Below, in pieces: positions 45,405 to 54,588 of a stretch of 64,000 nt of DNA. The DNA comes from an uncultured delta proteobacterium (GTDB lineage: Bacteria > Myxococcota > UBA727 > VGSZ01). The notes under the pieces were generated by a model. It had not been told where the DNA came from. It made no database searches and was given only the letters and a program-made list of their open reading frames with translations. The position numbers and the translations under genes were made by a program. The stretch is taken from positions 896,001 to 960,000 of the forward strand of contig CAVZJB010000016.1 of NCBI GenBank assembly GCA_963775425.1. The letters are read 5' to 3'. The number at the start of each line of letters is the position of its first letter. Position 1 is the first letter of the stretch.

Positions 45405-45591
45405 CGGCGCGGCTTAGCCACCGCCGCCGCAAGATGACAACCCCGCCTCAGGAGCTGACGCTCGGCACCCGGCTTGCGCTCCTGGGTGATCTCGCCGGCG
45501 TCGGGCCGCGGTCTTCAGCTTGATCGCGCTCCTGGCGCGGCGGGACGGGTTCGGCGTTGACGTCGTCACGCCGGCTTCGTACGCCCCCAAG

Positions 45592-46794
45592 ATGAAGTAC
45601 CGCGGCGACATCGTCTTCCTCTCGGCCAAGCGCACCGCCTTCGGGACCTACGGCGGGGCGTTCAAGAACCACACGGCCACCGACCTCGGGGTGATCGCGT
45701 CGCGCGCCGCGCTGCAGGCGTCCGGCGTTGCGCCCGCGGACATCGATCAGGTCGTGTTCGGCAACGTGGCGCAGACGTCGGCCGACGCCATCTACCTCGC
45801 GCGCCACGTGGGTCTCCGCTGCGAGCTGCCGCAGGACGTGCCGGCGCTCACGCTCAACCGCCTGTGCGGCTCGGGCTTCCAGGCGGTGGTCACGGGCGCC
45901 GAGCAGATCCTCCTCGGCGACGCCTCGTGCGTCCTCGTCGGCGGCACGGAGAACATGAGCCAGGCCCCGCACGCCATCCGCGGCGCGCGCTTCGGCATGC
46001 CGCTCGGCAAGCCGAGCCCGCTCGAGGACACGCTGTGGTCGTCGCTCACGGACTCGTTCACCGGGATGCCCATGGGCATGACGGCGGAGAAGCTGGCCGA
46101 GACCCACCAGATCCCGCAAGAGGACGTCGACGCGTTCTCGGTGCGCAGCCAGCGGCTCCACGCGGCGGCGCAACAGGCCGGGCGCTTCGCCGACGAGATG
46201 ACGCCTGTCGAGGTCAAGAAGGGCAAGGAGACCGTGCTGTTCGACGCCGACGAGCACGGCCGCCCCGGCACCACCCTCGAAGGGCTCAAGAAGCTCCCCA
46301 AGGCGTTCAAGAAGGACGGCGTCATCCACGCCGGCGCCGCGAGCGGCATCTGCGACGGCGCCGCCGCGCTGGTGATGGCGTCGGCGTCGTTCGCGCACAA
46401 GCACGGCTTGAAGCCCATCGGGCGGCTCGTGTCGTGGGGCATCGCGGGCGTGGACCCGACGGTGATGGGCATCGGGCCGGTGCCCGCCATCAAAAAGGCG
46501 CTCGCGAGCGCGGACGCCAAGCTCGAGGACATGGACCTCATCGAGATCAACGAGGCGTTCGCGCCGCAGGTGCTGGCGTGCGCCAAGGACCTCGGCATCG
46601 ACGCGCTCTCGGACAAGTCCAAGCTGAACGTCGACGGCGGCGCCATCGCCGTGGGTCACCCGCTCGGGGCCTCGGGCGCGCGCATCACCGCGCACCTCGT
46701 CCACGCGCTGCGCGGGCGCAAGCTGAAGACCGCGGTGGGCTCGGCGTGCATCGGCGGCGGCCAGGGCATCGCGGTCGTGGTGGAGGCGCTGTGA
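45592..46794 (+). CDS. Acetyl-CoA C-acyltransferase (thiolase)
   Basis: NRLCGSG, GTENMS, DGAAAL, EINEAFA, GGAIAVGHPLGASG, CIGGGQG. Confidence 0.96.
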   Translation: MKYRGDIVFLSAKRTAFGTYGGAFKNHTATDLGVIASRAALQASGVAPADIDQVVFGNVAQTSADAIYLARHVGLRCELPQDVPALTLNRLCGSGFQAVVTGAEQILLGDASCVLVGGTENMSQAPHAIRGARFGMPLGKPSPLEDTLWSSLTDSFTGMPMGMTAEKLAETHQIPQEDVDAFSVRSQRLHAAAQQAGRFADEMTPVEVKKGKETVLFDADEHGRPGTTLEGLKKLPKAFKKDGVIHAGAASGICDGAAALVMASASFAHKHGLKPIGRLVSWGIAGVDPTVMGIGPVPAIKKALASADAKLEDMDLIEINEAFAPQVLACAKDLGIDALSDKSKLNVDGGAIAVGHPLGASGARITAHLVHALRGRKLKTAVGSACIGGGQGIAVVVEAL

Positions 46795-47219
46795 GCCCGG
46801 AGCTCCGCCGGTCGGCGGCCCGCCTGTTCATCGGCGCGTTCGCCATCGTGGCGGTGTTCTTCGCCTTCCAGCGTGAGCGCTTCGGCGAGGTGTGGAAGCC
46901 GCTGCTGCTCTACAGCGCCCTCGCCGTGCCCGCGTTCATCGTGCTCTCCCGCCTGCGCCGCCGCGCGCCGGGGAGCGGCCCTTCAAGCGGCGCCCGCGTG
47001 GGCGGCGCCCCCGGGGACGGCGGCAGTGTGGACGGCGCCGGTGTGGACGGCGCCAGTGTGGACGGGGCCGGCGTGGACGGCGCCGGTGTGGACGGCGCCA
47101 GTGTGGACGGCGCCAGTGTGGACGGGGCCGGCGTGGACGGGGCCGGCGTGGACGGGGCCGGCGTGGACGGCGCGGGCGTGGACGGGGCCTCGAACGAACG
47201 CCGACCGTCGCGCGCCTGA
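46791..47219 (+). CDS. Small two-TM membrane protein with (VDGA[G/S])11 tail
   Basis: GTGA overlap with the thiolase stop; two hydrophobic helices, then the pentapeptide repeat. Confidence 0.7.
   Translation: MSPELRRSAARLFIGAFAIVAVFFAFQRERFGEVWKPLLLYSALAVPAFIVLSRLRRRAPGSGPSSGARVGGAPGDGGSVDGAGVDGASVDGAGVDGAGVDGASVDGASVDGAGVDGAGVDGAGVDGAGVDGASNERRPSRA
47026..47190 (+). repeat. 15-bp tandem repeat x11
   Basis: g(t/c)gtggacgg(c/g)gcc(g/a) units, seen directly. Confidence 0.95.
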
Positions 47220-47257
47220 CACGATGTTCGACGCGGTCGACTGACGACGACGCCCCG

Positions 47258-47311
47258 GCGATCGGTCAGCGATCGGGTCGGCGATCGGGTCGGCGATCAG
47301 CTCAGCGATCG
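47258..47311. repeat. Short 11-12 bp GCGATC-containing tandem repeat at a convergent gene junction
   Basis: gcgatcggtca gcgatcgggtcg gcgatcgggtcg gcgatcagctca gcgatcg. Confidence 0.75.
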
Positions 47312-48159
47312 CGCAGCGGCGTGGCCCCGGGCCGGCCGCGCTGCGCGCCCGCCTCGGCGTGCGGCACCGCGGGATCCGCGGGCGGCGCCGAGGGGTCGCA
47401 CGTGGACGCGAGGCGGCTCACGCGCTCCTCGAGCGCCGACACGTCGCTGGCGTCCGGGTGGGTCGCGAGCGTCTGCCTGAGCGGCGCGAGCCCGTCGCAG
47501 GGGCGGCCGAGCTTGTCGGCGGTGTCGGCGATCTGCCAGCCCACCGTGCAGCGCGGGCAGAGCTCCTGCACCTGTTTGAAGTCGGCCAGAGCCTGCTCGT
47601 ACTTGCCCCCGAGGAAGTACGCGTCGCCGCGCCACCACCAGAAGTCGCGATCGCCGCTGTCGCTGTCGATGAGCTTGCCGGCCTCGACGGCAGCGAGGTC
47701 GAACTCGGAGAGGTGCTTGTGCGCGGCGTACGTGAGCCAGCGCAGGCGGGGCATGTCCCCGCACTTCGCGAAGAAGGCGTCGGCGCGGGTGAGCGTGCCG
47801 CGGTAGTCGCCGGCCTGCACCATGGTGTCGAGGAGGCCGAGCGTCTTTTGTCGATCGCAGGGCTCCCGCTCGAGCTGCGTGTTCAGCCGGCTGACGTCCG
47901 GCGCGAAGCGGCCATAGTCGTACGGCGGCTCGTAGCGCTTCACGACGATGACGACGGCCGCGACGAGCAGCGCGCCGAGCAGCGTGACGACGACCATCTT
48001 CACCGACGCCGCGCGCCGCTCCTCGGCCGCGCGCTTGTCCGCGCACGCGCGGCACATGAGCTCGACCGCCCGCGTCGACGTGCAGTCGTCACAGATGGGC
48101 CTCATGCACGTGAAGCACTTGTTCGAGGCATCGACGCCGGGGTGTCTATAGCAATCCAT
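47302..48159 (-). CDS. B-box zinc finger + TM + TPR-like protein
   Basis: CYRHP...CFTCMRPICDDC...CRAC (B-box); TM VVVTLLGALLVAAVVIVV; WWRGDAYFLGGKYEQALADF (TPR). Confidence 0.85.
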   Translation of the reverse strand: MDCYRHPGVDASNKCFTCMRPICDDCTSTRAVELMCRACADKRAAEERRAASVKMVVVTLLGALLVAAVVIVVKRYEPPYDYGRFAPDVSRLNTQLEREPCDRQKTLGLLDTMVQAGDYRGTLTRADAFFAKCGDMPRLRWLTYAAHKHLSEFDLAAVEAGKLIDSDSGDRDFWWWRGDAYFLGGKYEQALADFKQVQELCPRCTVGWQIADTADKLGRPCDGLAPLRQTLATHPDASDVSALEERVSRLASTCDPSAPPADPAVPHAEAGAQRGRPGATPLRDR

Positions 48160-48205
48160 GGGCGCCCTCTTGCCGGACGTCGCGTAGCGGCACAATCTCT
48201 GCCCT

Positions 48206-49426
48206 GTGACCGACATCATCCACGATTGGAACGAAGCGAAGCGCAAGGGCGAGGTCTTCACCAAGAAAATCGAGCTGTGCGACGAGACCTTGCGCGACGG
48301 CATCCAGAGCCCCTCCGTGGTCGACCCCCCCATCGAGACCAAGCTCGAGATAGTCGAGCTGATGGACCAGCTCGGCATCACCACCGCCGACATCGGCTTG
48401 CCGGGTGCGGGCCCTCGCGCCGTCGAGGACGTCACCCGCATCGCCAAGCACATGCGGGACAGGAAGCTCAAGCTCCTGGCCAACTGCGCGGCGCGCACCG
48501 TCGTCAAGGACATCGAGCCCATCGTCCGCGTCCGTGACGACGTCGGCATCCCCATCATCGCCTACTGCTTCCTCGGCACGAGCCCCATCCGCATGCTCGC
48601 GGAGGAGTGGGACCTCGACCGGCTCAAGAAGAACGCCGAGGACGCCATCGGCTTCGCGGTGAAAAACGGGCTCGAGTGCGCCTTCGTCACCGAGGACACC
48701 ACGCGCACGCCGCCGCGCACCCTCGACGTGCTCTTCCGCCACGTCATCAATCTCGGCTGCAAGCGGCTCGTGCTGTGCGACACCGTCGGCCACGCCACCC
48801 CCGACGGCGTCAAGAACCTCATCGACTGGACGCGCGACCTCATCGCCGCCACCGGCGAGGACATCAAGGTCGATTGGCACGGCCACAACGATCGCGGGCT
48901 CGGCGTCGTCAACGCGCTCTTCGCCCTCGAGCACGGCGCCGACCGCGTCCACGGCACCTGCCTCGGCGTCGGCGAGCGCGTCGGCAACGCGTCCATCGAT
49001 CAGATCATCGTCAACCTCAAGCTCATGGGCGTCTACGAGCACGACGTCAGCCACCTCGTGCAGTACTGCCGCCTCGTCTCCGACGCCACGCACGTCGAGA
49101 TCCCCGTGAACTACCCGCTCGCGGGGCGCGACGCGTTCCGCACGGCCACGGGCGTTCACGCCGCCGCCGTCATCAAGGCCGAGAAGAAGGGCGACAAGCT
49201 CCTCGCCGACAGCATCTATTCCGGCGTCCCCGCCGGCTTGTTCGGCAAGGAGCAGGAGATCGAGGTCGGGCCCATGAGCGGCCTGTCCAACGTGCGCTAC
49301 TGGCTCGAGAAGCGCCACGTGGACGCCAACGACGACACCGTGCAGCGCATCTTCGCCAAGGCCAAGAGCAGCAACCGCGTGCTGCGCGACGACGAAATCT
49401 GGGACCTCATCAAGCGAACGGGGTGA
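48206..49426 (+). CDS. LeuA-family (DRE-TIM) isopropylmalate/homocitrate/citramalate synthase-like protein, no regulatory domain
   Basis: DETLRDGIQS, LCDTVG, HGHNDRGLGV, GVGERVGNA, GVHAAA; 406 aa. Confidence 0.9.
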   Translation: MTDIIHDWNEAKRKGEVFTKKIELCDETLRDGIQSPSVVDPPIETKLEIVELMDQLGITTADIGLPGAGPRAVEDVTRIAKHMRDRKLKLLANCAARTVVKDIEPIVRVRDDVGIPIIAYCFLGTSPIRMLAEEWDLDRLKKNAEDAIGFAVKNGLECAFVTEDTTRTPPRTLDVLFRHVINLGCKRLVLCDTVGHATPDGVKNLIDWTRDLIAATGEDIKVDWHGHNDRGLGVVNALFALEHGADRVHGTCLGVGERVGNASIDQIIVNLKLMGVYEHDVSHLVQYCRLVSDATHVEIPVNYPLAGRDAFRTATGVHAAAVIKAEKKGDKLLADSIYSGVPAGLFGKEQEIEVGPMSGLSNVRYWLEKRHVDANDDTVQRIFAKAKSSNRVLRDDEIWDLIKRTG

Positions 49427-49429
49427 ACG

Positions 49430-50341
49430 ATGGACACCAAGGGCGTCGGGGCAGCGCAGGTCGGGAAGGCCACGGGCGTCGGTGAAGGGCCAGCCTTCGC
49501 CGCCGACAAGGTGTACCTCCCCGAGCTCCTGCTGTCGCAGTCGGGCTCGATCGCCACCGCCAAGGACGGCGACAAACAAAAGCCGCTGGTGCCGGGCCTC
49601 GCCGGCCAATTCCAGGAGCTCGTCGTCACGGGGCTGTCTCCGTCGGGGACGCGCTTCGAAAACCACTTCCCCGTCGACGACAAGGGCATGCTCCACTGGG
49701 CGCAGGCGCGGCCGCTCGGCCACGTGCCGTACGAGGTCACGCTCGTCGGCAAGGACGGCGCCCGCTACAGCGGCGTCGTCGACATCACGCCCAAGGCGGT
49801 CGGCAAGAGCCACAGCGGCTACGAGGTGCTCACCGACCTCGAGCTTTCCCGGGAAAAGCCGCCGCCGCCGGCCAGCCTCCAGGTGCCCGAGCTCCTGCTG
49901 TCGCAGTCGGGCTCCATCGCCACCGCCAAGGACGGCCAGCGCCCGAGGCCGCTGGTGCCGGGGATGAACGGAAAGCTCAAGGAGCTCGTCGTCACGGGCA
50001 TGTCCCCGTCGGGGACGCGCTTCGAAAACCGCTTCCCCATCGACGCCAACGGCGTGCTCCAGTGGAACAGCGCCCAGCCGCTCGGCCACGTGCCCTACCG
50101 TCTTGAGCTGCACGACGGCGAGGGTCACACGTGGGGCGCCAACGTCGACATCAGCCCGCAAAAGCTCGGCAAGAGCCACGCCGGCTACGAGGTCCTGAAC
50201 GACCTGCGCTTCGTGCTCCACGAGCGCCCTCCCGCCGCCGAGCCGCCGCTCAGAGACCGCCAGGGTCTGCGCAACTTCGCCACTCAAAAGCCCCTCCAGG
50301 GCGAGCGGACGTCGCCGCTGCAGGCGTTCTGGAAGAAGTGA
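49430..50341 (+). CDS. Hypothetical protein made of two ~122-aa homologous domains
   Basis: PELLLSQSGSIATAKDG...ELVVTG.SPSGTRFEN.FP.D..G.L.W..A.PLGHVPY...GKSH.GYEVL.DL appears twice (period 366 bp); starts 3 bp after the leuA-like stop. Confidence 0.85.
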   Translation: MDTKGVGAAQVGKATGVGEGPAFAADKVYLPELLLSQSGSIATAKDGDKQKPLVPGLAGQFQELVVTGLSPSGTRFENHFPVDDKGMLHWAQARPLGHVPYEVTLVGKDGARYSGVVDITPKAVGKSHSGYEVLTDLELSREKPPPPASLQVPELLLSQSGSIATAKDGQRPRPLVPGMNGKLKELVVTGMSPSGTRFENRFPIDANGVLQWNSAQPLGHVPYRLELHDGEGHTWGANVDISPQKLGKSHAGYEVLNDLRFVLHERPPAAEPPLRDRQGLRNFATQKPLQGERTSPLQAFWKK

Positions 50342-50408
50342 CCGGGCCCGGGCCGCGCGCGGGGCGGCGGCGGCGAACGACACGGACGCCGTGGTAGCTT
50401 CGGCTTCG

Positions 50409-51775
50409 ATGGCGAACCTGATGGACCTCGTGCGGGAGCTGAAAGGGCTCAACGCGCGCAAGAAGGCAGGCGAAGTGCTCTCGGCGCTGGACGAGACCCG
50501 TCGCAAGGAGCTGAAGGCGTACCTGCGCACGACGCTGGAGTCGCAGGGGAGCGGCGGGAGCTCGCTCGAGGACTCCGCCATCCGCGAGCCCCCGTCCCGC
50601 TCGTCGAGCGGCCCCAAGGCCGTGCCGCTCGGGCGGCCGCCCGCGGGCTCGAGCGCGCCCAAGCCGGTGCCGCAGCCGCGCGACCCGCAGACCAAGGCCG
50701 CGCCGCGGCCGGTGTCGACGCCGACCGGGGCCGGCCTCGACGACCCGCTGCCGCCGCTGCCGGCGAAGAAACCGCCGACGTCGGGTGGAAAGCCGCGCGC
50801 GGAGCCCCTCGACGAGGACATCCCGCCCCCCGGCCGCGCCGAGCCGCTCGACGAGGACCTGCCGCCTGCGGGTGCGGCGCCCAGGCCGTTCGTCCCCAAG
50901 AAGAACCCGTTCGCCATCGACGCCGGCGCGCTCATCGACGCCGCCGCGAATTCGGAGGCGGTGGCCAAGGTCGATCCGTTCGCGAACCGCAAGGCCCACG
51001 CGTCGGCGGCCGAGGTCGAGGACGCCGAGGCCCGCGCCGACGCCGCCATCCGCGCCAACAAGAAGAAGGTCCGCGCCAAGGACGCCGACGAGGCCGCGGA
51101 GCAACTGCAGCAGACCGAGGCCACGTACACGCCGCCCGAGGACAGCTTCGTCCTCGAGCAGTACTACGGCGACTTCATGAGCGACGGCTACGTGCCGCTC
51201 GACCCCGCCGAGGCCGGCGACCTCAAGCCCATCGATCCGCGCGAGATGGAGCTCGCCAAGCTCGACATCGCCGGCGGCCCCGGCGGCGGAAGCACGAGCG
51301 CCGCGGTCCCCGCCGGCCTCGCCTTCCTCGACGACTTCGCCGTGCTCTACGCGCGGCGCGTGCTGCCGTCCGCCGACGACGAGGTCGTCGTCGACAGCAC
51401 CGATCCGGACCTGCTCATCCCCGGCAAGCGCCGCGTGACGGTGCACCTCCTCAACGGCGAGAAGAAGCAGGGCGCCATCCGCTCCCTCCGCCGCGGTGAG
51501 CTCGGCTTCCGCCTCGAGCCCCTCGGCTCGGGGCACCCCGAAGAGGTGTCCATCGCGCAGGTGAAGGCGGTGTTCATCCACCTGCAGGCGAACGCGGCGC
51601 CGCGCGAAGCTGCCGGCCGCCCCGTGACCGCCACCTTCCGCGACGGCCGCTCGGTGCAGGGCACCTCGGACGACTATCAGCCCGGCGCGCCGATGTTCAC
51701 GCTCGTCCCGCCGCAGGGCCGGGGCAATTCGAGCGGATCATCGTGAACGGCGCCGCCCTGAAGAGCGTGCGCTGA
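50409..51775 (+). CDS. Protein with Pro-rich linker and C-terminal DUF6982-like domain (apparent -1 frameshift at ~51727)
   Basis: RVTVHLLNGEKKQG...QVKAVF...VTATFRDGRSVQG...Y...FTLVP; a family-like ending FERIIVNGAALKSVR-stop lies in the shifted frame (TGA 51773-51775). Confidence 0.75.
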
Positions 51776-51787
51776 GCTCGACGGGAG

Positions 51788-53086
51788 CTACGCGTCGGGA
51801 GGCTTGCTGCCGTCGCCGTTGCCGTTGCCGTTCCCGTTGCCGTTGCCGTCCTCGTCGCCGTCCGCCTTCTCGCCGGGGATGGCGTCGTCGTGCCAGGCGC
51901 CGTCGACGGTGAAGTTGCGCTTGTACCAGGAACGCACGTCTCCCCAGGCTTTGGAGATCGGGTCCTGGCTCTCGCCGCCCGCGGCCTTGCGCGCGGCCTC
52001 CTCGGCCTCCGGGCCTGACGGCTCCTCGATGAGCTGCGCCCCGCACGAGGAGCAGACCATCGCGCCCACCTTGTTCTCGGCGCCGCAGCTCGGGCACGCC
52101 TTGGTCGCGACGAGCGCGCGCACCTTGTAGTCACCGTCGAGGACCTCGAGGTAGTTCCCCGTCGTCACCCAGTCGAGGATCTCCTTGGTGCGCCAGATGG
52201 GGAACGGCTGCTGGCGGAAGATGGTCTGGAAGATGGTGATGTAGCGCCCGAGCGGGCCCTCGTCCTGCATCTTGCCGAAGCTGTCGGCCTGGTCCACGAA
52301 GGCGTCGACCGACAGCTCGCCCGAGAAGCGCCGCGTGCCGCCCGACATCTTCATCAGCGTGCGCATCACGATGTTCGGGTTCTTCATCACCAGCAGCGCC
52401 GCGCGATCCGACGACAGCTCGCTCGCGCGATCCCAGCGCAAGAGCGCCATCTGGATCGGGTAGACGACGAGCGACCCGATGCCGAGCGTCATCTGGATGA
52501 TGGTGGACGCCATGTAGCCGAACACCTGCGCCGCCGTCTTGAAGAGCACGTGGTCGGCGTGGACGTGGCCGAGCTGTTGGGCGAGGACCACCTCGATCTC
52601 GTCGTCGTCGAGGAGCTCCAGGCAGCCGGTGCTGATGGCGACGAGGAAGTGGTCCACCCCCAGCGTCTTCGCCTCGGGGATGGGGTTTTGGTAGACGTAG
52701 AGCTCGGGGAGCTCCTTGATGCCGAGGCAGCCGGCGGCGTGCTCGAAGCGCGCGTACAGCGAGGGCATCTGCTCCTTGGACACCCGGACGAAGTTCGCGT
52801 GGTGGTTCAGCCGGAGCGCGAGCTCGAAGCTGTGCCGGATCAGGCTCCGCAAGAGGGTGGAGACGCCCGGGATGCGCTTGAGCGCCTCGAGCGTCTCCCG
52901 GTCGAGCGGGTGGATGTAGCTGTCGGGGTCGAGGTCATCGAACGTGCGATCGAAGGCCCGCAGCAGCGGCTTGTCGCACTTGCCGCACACCGGCGACGCC
53001 TTCAGCGACAGGACCTTTTCACGGGGCAGGCGGTTGGTGGCGCCGCATTCGCCACACGTGAACTCGACGGCGTCGACTCGGGTCAT
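51788..53086 (-). CDS. M48-like peptidase homologue flanked by zinc ribbons, catalytic motif degenerate
   Basis: CGEC...CGKC N-terminus; YIHPLDRETLEALKRIPG, PELYV, WDRASELSSDRAALL, MKMSGG; HExxH replaced by QQLGH; CPSC...CSSC; (GN)n tail. Confidence 0.85.
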   Translation of the reverse strand: MTRVDAVEFTCGECGATNRLPREKVLSLKASPVCGKCDKPLLRAFDRTFDDLDPDSYIHPLDRETLEALKRIPGVSTLLRSLIRHSFELALRLNHHANFVRVSKEQMPSLYARFEHAAGCLGIKELPELYVYQNPIPEAKTLGVDHFLVAISTGCLELLDDDEIEVVLAQQLGHVHADHVLFKTAAQVFGYMASTIIQMTLGIGSLVVYPIQMALLRWDRASELSSDRAALLVMKNPNIVMRTLMKMSGGTRRFSGELSVDAFVDQADSFGKMQDEGPLGRYITIFQTIFRQQPFPIWRTKEILDWVTTGNYLEVLDGDYKVRALVATKACPSCGAENKVGAMVCSSCGAQLIEEPSGPEAEEAARKAAGGESQDPISKAWGDVRSWYKRNFTVDGAWHDDAIPGEKADGDEDGNGNGNGNGNGDGSKPPDA

Positions 53087-53137
53087 GCTGACCACCGTAT
53101 CCACGCCGTCGAGCCGGGCAAGGCCCGTCGACCGCCG

Positions 53138-53788
53138 TCACTGGCCGTCGACGATGTCCTTGCATTCCTGGCTTTGATCCTGTTGGAGGACGCCGGCGGC
53201 GCGCTGGAAGACGACGGCGAAGTCCTTGGACTCCGTGTGCAGCTCCTTGTCGCCGCTGGTGGCGTTCGGGCGATTCTCCTCGAACGTGACGCGCAGGTTG
53301 CCCGTGAGCTGATCGCTGCCGTTTTCGATGGCGACGTCGAGCGCGTACTCGACCTTGGCGTCGGTGGCGCCCTCCACCGAGGGCAGCGCCGCCATGCCGG
53401 GGGCGCTGACGGAGACCTTCGACGAAGCGCCGAAGTCGTCGGAGATGTTCTGACCACCGACGAGATCGCGCGCGACGGGGTCGTTGCCCACGCCGAAGTC
53501 GAGCGCGGCGGCGACGGCAGACTTGTCGTCGTCATTGGCCAGGCGGTCGATGAAAGCCTGCTCCCCGTCGTAGAGCGCGCCACGGGTGAAGGCGAGCTTG
53601 ACGTCGGTCTTGTCGGACTCGTTTTCCGCGGTGAGCGAGCCGGCGGCGACGCCGTCGGGGCGCACCTCCGAATAGTCCCCGCTGACGTCGAGGGCGCAGG
53701 CGCGGCGCGCCTGCTTTTCCTGTTCGGAGACACACCCGGTCCCGGCGGCGAGTGACAGAATGAAAGCGATGATCCCAACGTTCTTCAT
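53138..53788 (-). CDS. Hypothetical lipoprotein
   Basis: GGAGG SD; MKNVGIIAFILSLAAGTGC lipobox-like; beta-rich body. Confidence 0.8.
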   Translation of the reverse strand: MKNVGIIAFILSLAAGTGCVSEQEKQARRACALDVSGDYSEVRPDGVAAGSLTAENESDKTDVKLAFTRGALYDGEQAFIDRLANDDDKSAVAAALDFGVGNDPVARDLVGGQNISDDFGASSKVSVSAPGMAALPSVEGATDAKVEYALDVAIENGSDQLTGNLRVTFEENRPNATSGDKELHTESKDFAVVFQRAAGVLQQDQSQECKDIVDGQ

Positions 53789-53935
53789 GTGATTCCTCCC
53801 TGCGAGCCGGGCGGGGAAGCAACGCTGGTGCCAGCATGCACCGCCGCGTATCGACGCGCCCTCACGTTGACAGCGAGGCCCGAGGCATGACACTCCCGTC
53901 GTGCGGCGCATCACGCGCTTGAGAGGTTGCCACGC

Positions 53936-54568
53936 ATGCGCACGGTTCTGTTGTCGTTCGGGCTTCTGTTTGCGTTCGCCTGCACGCCGAAGGCCGCCAC
54001 CGTCGAGGTCAGCCCGAAGGACGTCGTGATCAAGAACGAGGCGGACGTGAAGCCCCTCACCGCGATCGCGAAGGACAAGGACGGAAAGCAGATCGACCTC
54101 GGCGACAAGAAGCCCGTCTGGACCTCCAGCGATCCCGCCGTCGCGGTCGTCGACGCCGACGGCAAGGTGAAGCCGGCGGGGTCCGGCACGGCCACCATCA
54201 GCGCCAAGATCGACGAAGCGACGGGCACCACCTCGGTGACCGTCAAGCTGCTGAAGGGCATCAAGCTCGAGTCGCCGGCGGTGGTCGTGAAGGTCGGCGC
54301 GCCGCAGCCGCCCCTCAAGGTGGCCTTCACCAATGAAAAGGGCGAGATCATCGACGTGAAGGACGCGAAGGTCGAGTGGAAGACCGCGGACCCGAACATC
54401 GCGACGGTCGGCCCCGACGGCACCATCAGCGGCGTCAACCCCGGCTCCACCACCGTCACCTGTCGCGTCAGTGGCCTCTCCGCCGACGTCGCGGTGACGG
54501 TGAACCCGTCCGAGGACGCCGCCGCTCCCGACGCCGGCCCCGCCGAGGCGCCGCCGGCGCCCAAGTAG
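53936..54568 (+). CDS. Lipoprotein with two bacterial Ig-like (Big_2) domains
   Basis: LFAFAC lipobox; VWTSSDPAVAVVDADGKV...GTATISA and VEWKTADPNIATVGPDGTISGVNPGSTTVT. Confidence 0.9.
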   Translation: MRTVLLSFGLLFAFACTPKAATVEVSPKDVVIKNEADVKPLTAIAKDKDGKQIDLGDKKPVWTSSDPAVAVVDADGKVKPAGSGTATISAKIDEATGTTSVTVKLLKGIKLESPAVVVKVGAPQPPLKVAFTNEKGEIIDVKDAKVEWKTADPNIATVGPDGTISGVNPGSTTVTCRVSGLSADVAVTVNPSEDAAAPDAGPAEAPPAPK

Positions 54569-54588
54569 GGCGGGGGCTTGTCCCCCGC
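54565..54588 (+). repeat. GTAG-family REP, identical to 35472-35495
   Basis: GTAGGGCGGGGGCTTGTCCCCCGC; its TAG is the stop codon of the Ig-domain gene. Confidence 0.8.
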
